From Anaeromyxobacter sp. (GTDB taxonomy: Bacteria > Myxococcota > Myxococcia > Myxococcales > Anaeromyxobacteraceae): a stretch of DNA of 64,000 nt. Shown here piece by piece: positions 9,440-20,942 of this stretch. The first letter of the stretch is position 1; each line of letters opens with the position of its first letter. Below the pieces are notes generated by a model, which ran no database searches, was not told the DNA's origin, and saw only the letters and a program-made list of their open reading frames with translations. The translations under genes were made by a program, and so were the position numbers. The stretch is from assembly GCA_049840735.1 (NCBI GenBank), contig JASGJN010000020.1:544001-608000 (forward strand), read 5' to 3'.

Positions 9440-12400
9440 ATGGTCGACAGGAAGCGTGCAGGAGTCGGGGTGGCGGTCGTCGCGGCGATGCTCATGGCCG
9501 CGTGCGGGGGAAGCGGCCCGGCGCAGCAGGAGGAGCCCGGGGCCGAGGTGATCCCCACCGTCGAGAGCTCGGGGATCACCGTCTACACCTCGGGCTACAC
9601 CCACATCTACTGGTGGGGGTCGACGCCGGCGTCGTCGCCCGCAGACGGCACGTGGCCCGGCGTGGCCATGGGGACCGACGCGAGCTCGGGCTACCGGACC
9701 TACTCCTTCCCCAACGCCACGGCCATCAACCTCATCTTCAGCAACAACGGCGCCGGGCAGACCGCCAACCTGAGCCGCACCACGGGCAGCTGGCTCTACG
9801 TGAACGGCACCTGGTCGGCCTATACGCCGACGGCCTCGGTCTCGGCCTCACCGGGCACCTCCTCCTTCTCCGGCGCCAGCCTGGCCGTCACGCTCACGGC
9901 CGCCAACCCGGCCTCGGGCACCTACCAGGTGGACTCCGGCGCGGCCACCGCCTTCACCAGCGGCCAGGTGATCCCGATCAGCGGCACCGACCTGACCGCG
10001 GGACAGGGCCACACCCTGACGCTCCGCAACGGGACCGCCACCGCGACGTACACGTACACCAAGGTCACGGCCGGCATCACCGTGTACACGTCGAGCTACA
10101 CGCACGTGTACTGGTGGAGCGCGACGCCCGCCGGCTCGCCCGCCGACGCCACCTGGCCGGGCGTGGCCATGGGGACCGATCCAGCCACGGGGCTCAGGAC
10201 CTACGCCTTCCCGAACGCCACCGCCATCAACCTCATCTTCAGCAACAACGGCTCCGGCCAGACCGCCAACCTCAGCCGCACCACCGGCGCCTGGCTCTAC
10301 GAGAACGGCGCCTGGTCCGCCTACAACCCGGGGCCCGCGGCCTCGGCCAGCCCTGGCACCTCCTCCTTCTCGACCTCCAGCCTCTCCGTGACGCTGAGCG
10401 CCGCCAACCCGGCCTCGGGCACCTACCAGATCGACGCCGGGGCCACGACCGCCTTCACCCACGGACAGGTCATCACGCTCGGTGCGGGGCTGGTGGCCGG
10501 GCAGAGCCAGACGCTCACGGTCAAGAACGGCACCGCCAGCGCGACCTACACCTACACCAAGGTCGCCGCCGGCATCACCGTCTACACCAGCGGCTACACG
10601 CACGTGTACTGGTGGAGCGCGACGCCTGCCGGCTCGCCACCCGACGCCACCTGGCCTGGCGCGGCCATGGGGATTGACTCCGCCTCGGGGCTCAGGACCT
10701 ACGCGTTCCCCAACGCCACCGCCATCAACCTCATCTTCAGCAACAACGGCTCCGGCCAGACCGCCAACCTGAGCCGCACCACCGGCGCCTGGCTGTACGC
10801 CGGCGGCGCGTGGACGCCCTACTCGCCCATCCCCTCGGCCACGGTCACGCCCGCCGGCGGGACGTTCGCCGCCACGCAGACGGTCACGCTCAACGCCGGC
10901 AACCCGCCCTCGGGCACCTACCAGTGGGACTCGGACCAGGCCACCGCCTTCACCGACGGGACCACGCTCACGTTCGGAGCCGACTGGTCCAACGGCCGGT
11001 CGAGGGTGCTCAAGGTCGTCAACGGCACCGCCACGAACTCGTACACGTTCGTGAAGAACACCGCCGTGTACCCGAACACGCTGGGCGCGCTCTACCTGCC
11101 GGGCGCGACGAAGTTCCGCCTCTGGTCGCCGGACAGCAGCAGCGTCACCGTCACCGTCGGCGGCGCCACCTACCCGATGGCCCGCGTGGCGGACTTCGCC
11201 GGCTACACCTCGATCTACGAGGCCACCGTGTCCGGCGACCTCGAGCTGCAGCCCTACCAGTTCGCGGTGGGCGGCGCGGCGGTGCGCGATCCCTACGCGC
11301 TGATGGTCAACCCCGGGACCACGCAGGGCGTCGTGATGGACATGGCCTCCATCGCGCCGGCCGGCGGCTGGGCCGCCACGCCCGCCCTCGTCAACCGTGA
11401 GGACGCCATCATCTACGAGGCGCACGTGCGCGACTTCACCATCGACGCGAACTCGGGCGTCGACGCAGCGAGGAAGGGCAAGTTCCTGGGCATGGTCCAG
11501 ACCGGGACCACCTACGGCACGGCCAAGACCGGCCTCGACCACCTGAAGGAGCTGGGCGTCACGCACGTGCAGCTCATGCCGGTCTACGACTTCGGCACGG
11601 CCCTCTACAACTGGGGCTACGACCCGGTGAACTACAACGTGCCCGAGGAGCAGTACGCCCAGGCGACGGATCCCGTGGGCCGCGTCCAGGAGTTCCAGAC
11701 CATGGTCAACGAGCTCCACAAGAACGGCCTGCGGGTCGTGGTGGACGTGGTCTACAACCACACCTACGACAAGACCGTCCTGCAGCTCATCACCGGCAAG
11801 TACTACACCACGGTCGATTTGTCCGGCGTCGGCAACTCCATCGACGACGGCAACCCCATGGTCGCGCGGATGATCCAGGACAGCCTGGAGCAGTGGGTCC
11901 GCAACTACAACGTGGACGGCTTCCGCTTCGACCTGCTGGGCGTCTTCTACGCCACCAACGCCGCCGCCTGGGGCAACTACCTCAACGCCACCTTCCCGAC
12001 CAGGAACCTGCTGCTCTACGGCGAGCCCTGGAACGGCTACGCCACCGACCCCAACGACGCGCAGAAGGTCCGCTTCGGCAAGATGCCGACCCTGGCCGGC
12101 GCGCACGTCGGCGTCTTCAACGGCGGCTACCGCGACGACCTGCGCGGCCCCGGCGACAGCGCGGTGCAGCGCTACGTCGTGAACCAGGCCCCCAGCTGGT
12201 GGGGCGCCATCGCCGCCGGCTCCCGCGGCTCGATCACGGCGGCCAAGAGCACCAGCGCGCTGCCCAACGCCTGGGACTCGATGTTCGCCTACGACCCCGA
12301 GCAGGCCATCAACTACGTCTCGGCCCACGACAACCTGAACATGTGGGACAAGATCAACTACGCCGGCCTCTCCGGCGGCCCCACCGGCTACGCCGGCCGC

Positions 12401-12943
12401 GTGGACCGCTTCACCATCGGCATCCTCATGACCAGCCAGGGCATCCCCTTCTTCTACGAGGGGGACGAGATGCTGCACAGCAAGGCCTACGGCGGCGACT
12501 ACACCACCGCCAAGAACAGCTACCGGGCCGGCGACAACTACAACGCCATCCGCTGGGCCGACAAGGTCACCAACGCGGCCACCCACCAGTTCTACCGCGA
12601 CGCCATCGCGCTCCGCCGCGCCAACCCGGCGCTCCGGCTCACCAGCTGGGACGAGATCAACACCCGCGTCCGGACCACCCTCAACGCCGGCTCGCAGAGC
12701 GCGTCGTCCATCAACGTGGTCCACGACGCCTCGCTCCCCGCCGGCGTGGTGGTGAACAGCATCGACGCCGACGGGAACGTGGGCAACGGTTACGAGCTGG
12801 TGGTGGTCTACAACAACGGCAACAACTTCAACCTCACCCTCCCCGCCGGCAGCTGGACCAAGATCTTCGACGCCGGCGGCGCCGTCTCGAAGACCGACGT
12901 GGTCTGCGAGGGGACCGCGGTGACCGTGTTCAGGAAGAACTAG
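9440..12943 (+). CDS. Lipoprotein type I pullulanase (GH13) with three N-terminal starch-binding-like repeats
   Basis: Lipobox MLMAAC; YNWGYDP pullulanase signature; DVVYNH, GFRFDL, YGEPW and VSAHDN catalytic regions. Confidence 0.9.
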   Translation: MVDRKRAGVGVAVVAAMLMAACGGSGPAQQEEPGAEVIPTVESSGITVYTSGYTHIYWWGSTPASSPADGTWPGVAMGTDASSGYRTYSFPNATAINLIFSNNGAGQTANLSRTTGSWLYVNGTWSAYTPTASVSASPGTSSFSGASLAVTLTAANPASGTYQVDSGAATAFTSGQVIPISGTDLTAGQGHTLTLRNGTATATYTYTKVTAGITVYTSSYTHVYWWSATPAGSPADATWPGVAMGTDPATGLRTYAFPNATAINLIFSNNGSGQTANLSRTTGAWLYENGAWSAYNPGPAASASPGTSSFSTSSLSVTLSAANPASGTYQIDAGATTAFTHGQVITLGAGLVAGQSQTLTVKNGTASATYTYTKVAAGITVYTSGYTHVYWWSATPAGSPPDATWPGAAMGIDSASGLRTYAFPNATAINLIFSNNGSGQTANLSRTTGAWLYAGGAWTPYSPIPSATVTPAGGTFAATQTVTLNAGNPPSGTYQWDSDQATAFTDGTTLTFGADWSNGRSRVLKVVNGTATNSYTFVKNTAVYPNTLGALYLPGATKFRLWSPDSSSVTVTVGGATYPMARVADFAGYTSIYEATVSGDLELQPYQFAVGGAAVRDPYALMVNPGTTQGVVMDMASIAPAGGWAATPALVNREDAIIYEAHVRDFTIDANSGVDAARKGKFLGMVQTGTTYGTAKTGLDHLKELGVTHVQLMPVYDFGTALYNWGYDPVNYNVPEEQYAQATDPVGRVQEFQTMVNELHKNGLRVVVDVVYNHTYDKTVLQLITGKYYTTVDLSGVGNSIDDGNPMVARMIQDSLEQWVRNYNVDGFRFDLLGVFYATNAAAWGNYLNATFPTRNLLLYGEPWNGYATDPNDAQKVRFGKMPTLAGAHVGVFNGGYRDDLRGPGDSAVQRYVVNQAPSWWGAIAAGSRGSITAAKSTSALPNAWDSMFAYDPEQAINYVSAHDNLNMWDKINYAGLSGGPTGYAGRVDRFTIGILMTSQGIPFFYEGDEMLHSKAYGGDYTTAKNSYRAGDNYNAIRWADKVTNAATHQFYRDAIALRRANPALRLTSWDEINTRVRTTLNAGSQSASSINVVHDASLPAGVVVNSIDADGNVGNGYELVVVYNNGNNFNLTLPAGSWTKIFDAGGAVSKTDVVCEGTAVTVFRKN
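9572..11060 (+). repeat. Three ~500 nt intragenic tandem repeats (CBM26-like module plus Ig-like module)
   Basis: GITVYTS.YTH.YWW...TWPG.AM...TY.FPNATAINLIFSNNG.GQTANLSRTTG.WLY starts near 9572, 10073 and 10571. Confidence 0.9.
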
Positions 12944-12965
12944 CAGGCAGGCACGGCTGACGGGC

Positions 12966-13004
12966 CGCGAGGCCGGGACTTCGAACGAGGTCCCGGCCTT
13001 CGCG
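12966..13004. terminator. Hairpin between convergent genes (probable bidirectional terminator)
   Basis: cgcgaggccgggac-ttcgaacgag-gtcccggccttcgcg forms an inverted repeat. Confidence 0.55.
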
Positions 13005-13027
13005 TCAGGGCGCGGGCGATCGCAGGC

Positions 13028-14663
13028 TCAACGCCCGCCCAGGTGCCGCAGCCCCGGCCCTTCGCGGCCAGTGCGGGCCACGTACTCGCCGTAGCCGCCA
13101 CCGTAGGGGACCGGCCCCTCCGGCGTCAGCTCCAGCACGCGGTTGGAGAGCGCGGCCAGGAAGCGGCGGTCGTGGGAGACCAGGAGCAGCGTCCCCTCGT
13201 AGCCGGCCAGCGCCCGGATCAGCATCTCCTTGGTGGAGAGGTCCAGGTGGTTGGTCGGCTCGTCCAGCACCAGGAAGTTGGGCGGGTCGTAGAGCATGGT
13301 GGCCAGCGCCAGCCGCGCCCGCTCGCCGCCGGAGAGCACCCGGCAGCGCTTCTCGATCTCGTCGCCGGAGAACCCGAAGCAGCCGGCCAGGGTGCGCAGC
13401 GAGCCCACCGAGGCCCGGGGAAGGCGTCCTGCAGCGTCTCCCAGACGGTCTTCTCCGGCTGCAGCAGGTCCATGGCGTGCTGGGCGAAGTAGCCCATCTT
13501 CACGCTGGCCCCGAGCGCCACCACCCCCTCGTCCGGCCTCGTCTCGCCGGCGACCATCTTGAGGAGCGTGGACTTGCCGGCGCCGTTGGCGCCCAGCACG
13601 CACCAGCGCTCCCCGCGGCGGACCAGCAGGTCCAGCTGGTCGTGGACCGCCCGCCCGCCGTAGCGCTTGGTGACCGCCGCCAGGCGCGCCACGTCCTCGC
13701 CCGAGCGCGGCGCGGCGCGGAACTCGAAGTCCACCTGCTTGTGCACGCGCGGCGGCTCGACCTTCTCGATCTTCTCCAGCTTCTTCACCCGCGACTGGAC
13801 CTGCGCCGCGTGCGAGGCGCGGGCCTTGAACCGCTCGATGAAGGCCAGCTCCTTCTTGAGCGTGGCCTGCTGGCGGTCGAACTGGGCCTGCGGTGCGCGT
13901 CGGCGACGGCCCGCTCGCGCTCGTAGAAGTCGTAGTCGCCGGAGTAGCTGGTCAGCTCGCCGGCGTCGATCTCGACGATCTTCTTCACCACCCGGTTCAT
14001 GAAGGCCCGGTCGTGCGAGGTCATCAGCAGGGCGCCGTCGTACGCCTGCAGGAACTCCTCCAGCCAGATGATCGACTCCAGGTCGAGGTGGTTGGAGGGC
14101 TCGTCCAGCAGCATGCAGTCCGGGCGCATGAGCAGGATGCGCGCCAGCGCCACGCGCATCTTCCACCCGCCGGAGAGCGCCCGCCACGTCGCCGTCCATC
14201 ATGGCGGGCGAGAAGCCCAGGCCGGCCAGGATCTCGCGCGCCCGCGCCTCCAGCGCGTAGCCGCCCAGCTCGTCGAAGCGGGCCTGCACGTGACCGAACC
14301 GCTCCACCAGCGTCTCCAGCTCGTCGGCCCGGGCCGGATCGGCCAGCGCGTGCTCCAGGGCGTGCAGCTCGGCCGCCACCGACGAGACCGGGCCGGCGCC
14401 GTCCATGGTCTCCTCGACCGGCGCTCCGGCCGGACATCTCCCCCACGTCCTGGGAGAAGTGACCCACGGTCACGCCCCGGTCGATGGAGACCTGCCCCTC
14501 GTCGGGCTCCTCCTGGCGCATGATCATGCGGAAGAGCGTGGACTTGCCGGCGCCGTTCGGGCCGACCAGCCCGACCTTCTCGCCGCGGTGGATGACGGCC
14601 GAGGCCTCGACGAAGAGGAGCTGGCGGCCGTGCTGCTTGGAGATGGCGTCGAAGCGGATCGCA
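13028..14663 (-). CDS. ABC-F family ATPase (several frameshifts; start approximate)
   Basis: IRFDAISKQHGRQLLF, GPNGAGKSTL, GGWKMRVALA...LLDEPSNHLD...SHDR, then a second GANGAGKSTL, LSGGE, LDEPTNHLD and SHDR, spread over different frames. Confidence 0.9.
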
Positions 14664-14849
14664 GGGGGCGCGTTCTCTCACGCCCGCACGGGCGGCTCAA
14701 CCCCCGCAGACGCCCTCCTGCGACCTCGTCGCACACCCGTGGGACGGTTCCGCGCAGTCGTGAAGTGTGGTTGGCGCTGCCGGCCCGGGTGCGGGGCGTG
14801 CTCGCGGGCGAGGGTGAGGGCTGGGCGCCCCTACCCGCCACCGGCGCGC

Positions 14850-17775
<2,926 letters not shown>

Positions 17776-17779
<4 letters not shown>

Positions 17780-18681
17780 GCGCCGCCGCCGCCGAGGAGG
17801 CGCCGCCGGCGCAGGTGGACCTGGGGGTCCTGGCCGCCGAGGCCGGCGTGGCCGAGGCGCTGGGGGCGCTGGAGCGCGACCTGGTGGGCCTGGCCCCGGT
17901 GAAGCGGCGCATGCGCGAGATCGCTGCGCTGCTGGTGGTGGACCGCGCCCGCGCCCGGCTCGGCCTGCCGGGGGTGCCGCCGGGGCTGCACATGTGCTTC
18001 ACCGGCAATCCCGGCACCGGCAAGACCACGGTGGCGCTCCGCCTGGCCGGCATCCTCCACCGCCTGGGGTACGTGCGCCGGCCGCAGCTGGTGGCGGTCA
18101 CCCGCGAGGACCTGGTGGGCGAGTTCGTGGGCCACACCGCCCCGCGCACCCGCAAGGTGCTGGAGCGGGCGCGCGGCGGGGTGCTCTTCATCGACGAGGC
18201 CTACGCGCTCTACCGCCCGGAGAACGAGCGCGACTACGGCCAGGAGGCGGTGGAGATCCTGCTGCAGGCCATGGAGTCGCAGCGCGGCGAGCTGGTGGTG
18301 GTGCTGGCCGGCTACCGCGACCGCATGGAGACCTTCTTCGCCTGCAACCCGGGCCTCTCCTCCCGCATCGCCCACCACGTGGACTTCCCCGACTACGGCG
18401 TGGAGGAGCTGCTGGCCATCGCCGACCGGATGCTGGAGGCGCTGTGCTACCAGCTGGGCGGCGGGGCGCGCGAGGCGCTGCGCGAGTACGTCGTGCGCCG
18501 CATGGCCCGCCCGCGCTTCTCCAACGCGCGCTCCATCCGCAACGCGCTGGACCGGGCCCGCCTGCGCCAGGCCAGCCGGCTGCTGGACGCCGGCGGACCG
18601 GTGGACGGCGCCGCCCTGGCCACCCTGGCCGCCGAGGACATCCGCCGCAGCCGCGTGCTCCAGGCCGCAGAGGAGACCTGA
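17776..18681 (+). CDS. cbbX: CbbX AAA+ Rubisco activase
   Basis: LVGLAPVK...[48 protein letters not shown] and [18 protein letters not shown]. Confidence 0.95.
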
Positions 18682-18686
18682 GACCC

Positions 18687-19745
18687 ATGAGCCCAACCGC
18701 CCCCGGCGCACCCACCCTCACCCGCTTCATCCTCGAGGCGCACCGGCGCGCCCCCGGCGCCAGCGGGGTCTTCAGCGCCCTGCTCACCGACGTGGCCACC
18801 GCCATCAAGGACATCGCCCGCACCGTCTCCCGCGGCGCGCTGGACCGGCCGGCGGGCGGCCGCGGCGCGGCCCTCGACGCCGCCGCCCACGCGCTGCTGG
18901 TCCGCCACTGCGAGTGGGGCGGCCACCTGGGCGGGATGGTCTCGGAGGCGCTGGAGGCGCCCTACGCCATCCCCTCCGCCTATCCCTGCGGCCGCTACCT
19001 GCTGCTCTTCAATCCGCTCGACGGCTCGGCCAGCGCGGACGTGGACGCCGCGGTGGGCACGGTCTTCTCGGTCCTGCGCCGCGAGGCGGGCGCCGGCCCG
19101 GCCGCGGCCGAGGAGTTCCTGCAGCCGGGCCACCGCCAGGTGTGCGCCGGCTACGCCATCTACGGCCCCTCCACCGTGCTGGTGCTCACGCTGGGCGAGG
19201 GCGTGCACGGCTTCACGCTCGACCGCGAGCTGGGCGAGTTCGTGCTCACCCACCCGGACCTGCGCATCCCCGAGCCGGCCCGCGAGGTGACCGTCAACGC
19301 CTCCCACGAGCGGTTCTGGGAGGCGCCGGTGCGGCGCTACGTCGAGGAGTGCCGGGCCGGGCACGCCGGACCGCGCGGCGCCGACGTGGATCTCCGCGGC
19401 GTCTCCTCGCTGGTGGCCGACGTGCACCGGCTGCTGGTCCGCGGCGGCGTCGCGCTCCACCCGCGCGACACCCGCGAGCCGGCCCGCCCCGGCCGGCTGC
19501 GGCTGCTCTGCGAGGCCGCCCCGCTGGCCCTGATCGTCGAGCAGGCCGGCGGCGCGGCCTCGACCGGGCGGGCCCGGCTGCTGGACGTGACCCCGGGCGC
19601 GCTGCACGAGCGCGTCCCGGTGTTCCTGGGCTCCAGGGCCGAGGTGGAGCGGCTGGCCCGCTACCACGACGAGCACGACCGCGGCGTCGACCGCCCCTTC
19701 CGCTCCCCGCTCTTCGGCACCCGCTCGCTCTTCATCGAGCCATGA
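18687..19745 (+). CDS. cbbF: Class 1 fructose-1,6-/sedoheptulose-1,7-bisphosphatase with degenerate active-site motifs
   Basis: TLTRFI, YLLLFNPLDGS, GTVFS, FLQPG..QV.AGYAIYGPST, GVHGFTLD, SLVADVHR.L.RGG, RLRLL.EA.P and C-terminal SPLFGTRSLF. Confidence 0.9.
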   Translation: MSPTAPGAPTLTRFILEAHRRAPGASGVFSALLTDVATAIKDIARTVSRGALDRPAGGRGAALDAAAHALLVRHCEWGGHLGGMVSEALEAPYAIPSAYPCGRYLLLFNPLDGSASADVDAAVGTVFSVLRREAGAGPAAAEEFLQPGHRQVCAGYAIYGPSTVLVLTLGEGVHGFTLDRELGEFVLTHPDLRIPEPAREVTVNASHERFWEAPVRRYVEECRAGHAGPRGADVDLRGVSSLVADVHRLLVRGGVALHPRDTREPARPGRLRLLCEAAPLALIVEQAGGAASTGRARLLDVTPGALHERVPVFLGSRAEVERLARYHDEHDRGVDRPFRSPLFGTRSLFIEP

Positions 19746-19791
19746 GAGTCGCACCCGCGGCGCGCCCGGCGCGCGCCAGGAGGAGGCCACC

Positions 19792-20667
19792 ATGTCGCAG
19801 CGCCACCCCGTCATCGCCGTGACCGGCTCCTCCGGCGCCGGCACCACCTCCGTCACCCGCACCTTCCAGCAGGTCTTCGGTCGGGAGGGGATCAAGGCGC
19901 AGGTGGTGGAGGGCGACGCCTTCCACCGCTACGACCGGGCCGAGATGCAGCGCCGCATGGCCGAGGCGGCCAGCCGCGGCGACCGCCACTTCAGCCACTT
20001 CGGCCCCGAGTCCAACCTGTTCGTGGAGCTGGAGGAGCTCTTCCGCGGCTTCGGCCAGACCGGGCGCGGCCAGGTGCGGCGCTACCTGCACGACCACGCC
20101 GAGGCGGCCCCCTACCACCAGGACCCCGGCACCTTCACGCCCTGGGAGGACATCCCCCCCGGCGTGGACCTGCTCTACTACGAGGGGCTGCACGGGGGCG
20201 TGGTGACCGGCGGCGTGGACGTCGCCCGCCACGTGGATCTGCTGGTGGGGGTGGTGCCCATCATCAACCTGGAGTGGATCCAGAAGCTGCACCGCGACCG
20301 CGCCACGCGCGGCTACAGCACCGAGGCGGTGGTGGACACCATCCTGCGGCGCATGCCGGACTACGTGAACCACGTCGTCCCGCAGTTCGCCCGCACCCAC
20401 ATCAACTTCCAGCGGGTGCCCACCGTCGACACCTCGAACCCCTTCATCGCCCAGGACATCCCCACCGCCGACGAGAGCTTCCTGGTGGTGCGCTTCGCCG
20501 ATCCCAAGGGGATCGACTTCCCCTGGCTCCTCACCATGCTTCACGATTCGTTCATGTCGCGGCGGAACACCATCGTGGTGCCGGGCGGGAAGATGCCGCT
20601 CGCGATGCAGCTCATCATGACGCCCATGATCCTCCAGCTGCTCGATCGCCGCCGCCGGGCGCTGTGA
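19792..20667 (+). CDS. cbbP: Phosphoribulokinase (proteobacterial type)
   Basis: RBS AGGAGG; VIAVTGSSGAGTT, EGDAFHRY, FSHFGPE.N, YEGLHG, NLEWIQK, QRVPTVDTSNPFIA. Confidence 0.97.
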   Translation: MSQRHPVIAVTGSSGAGTTSVTRTFQQVFGREGIKAQVVEGDAFHRYDRAEMQRRMAEAASRGDRHFSHFGPESNLFVELEELFRGFGQTGRGQVRRYLHDHAEAAPYHQDPGTFTPWEDIPPGVDLLYYEGLHGGVVTGGVDVARHVDLLVGVVPIINLEWIQKLHRDRATRGYSTEAVVDTILRRMPDYVNHVVPQFARTHINFQRVPTVDTSNPFIAQDIPTADESFLVVRFADPKGIDFPWLLTMLHDSFMSRRNTIVVPGGKMPLAMQLIMTPMILQLLDRRRRAL

Positions 20668-20709
20668 GAGGACCCCCCGGGTCTGGAAATTTGGGTCGTC
20701 CCCGTCGGG

Positions 20710-20715
20710 TATAAT
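20710..20715 (+). promoter_or_regulatory. Candidate sigma70 -10 element upstream of the alpha-amylase
   Basis: Perfect TATAAT in an otherwise very GC-rich intergenic region; no convincing -35. Confidence 0.35.
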
Positions 20716-20942
20716 CACCCGCTGTAACATGGCGGATTATTTGGATCCGGACGGCCGGCTGCCTCCGGTCGCGGCCGCACCTGCCGGAATTTCGCGCACT
20801 CAGCCGCGAGCACGCAGGGGTTCTCCCGGCCGCCCGCTCCCTCCACACTCCCGCCACCGATTTCACCGGGCGAGGAACGTCCCACGGCCTCGGGGGCCGG
20901 GCGGGACCGCGGCGGTGGGCGGACCAACGGGGAGCACACGCG

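Noticed and set aside
9848..12724. Long antisense or alternate-frame ORFs (also 20715-23687, 41754-45056, 4-828 and others)
   Set aside because: These are shadow ORFs caused by high GC and stop-codon scarcity, opposite well-supported genes.
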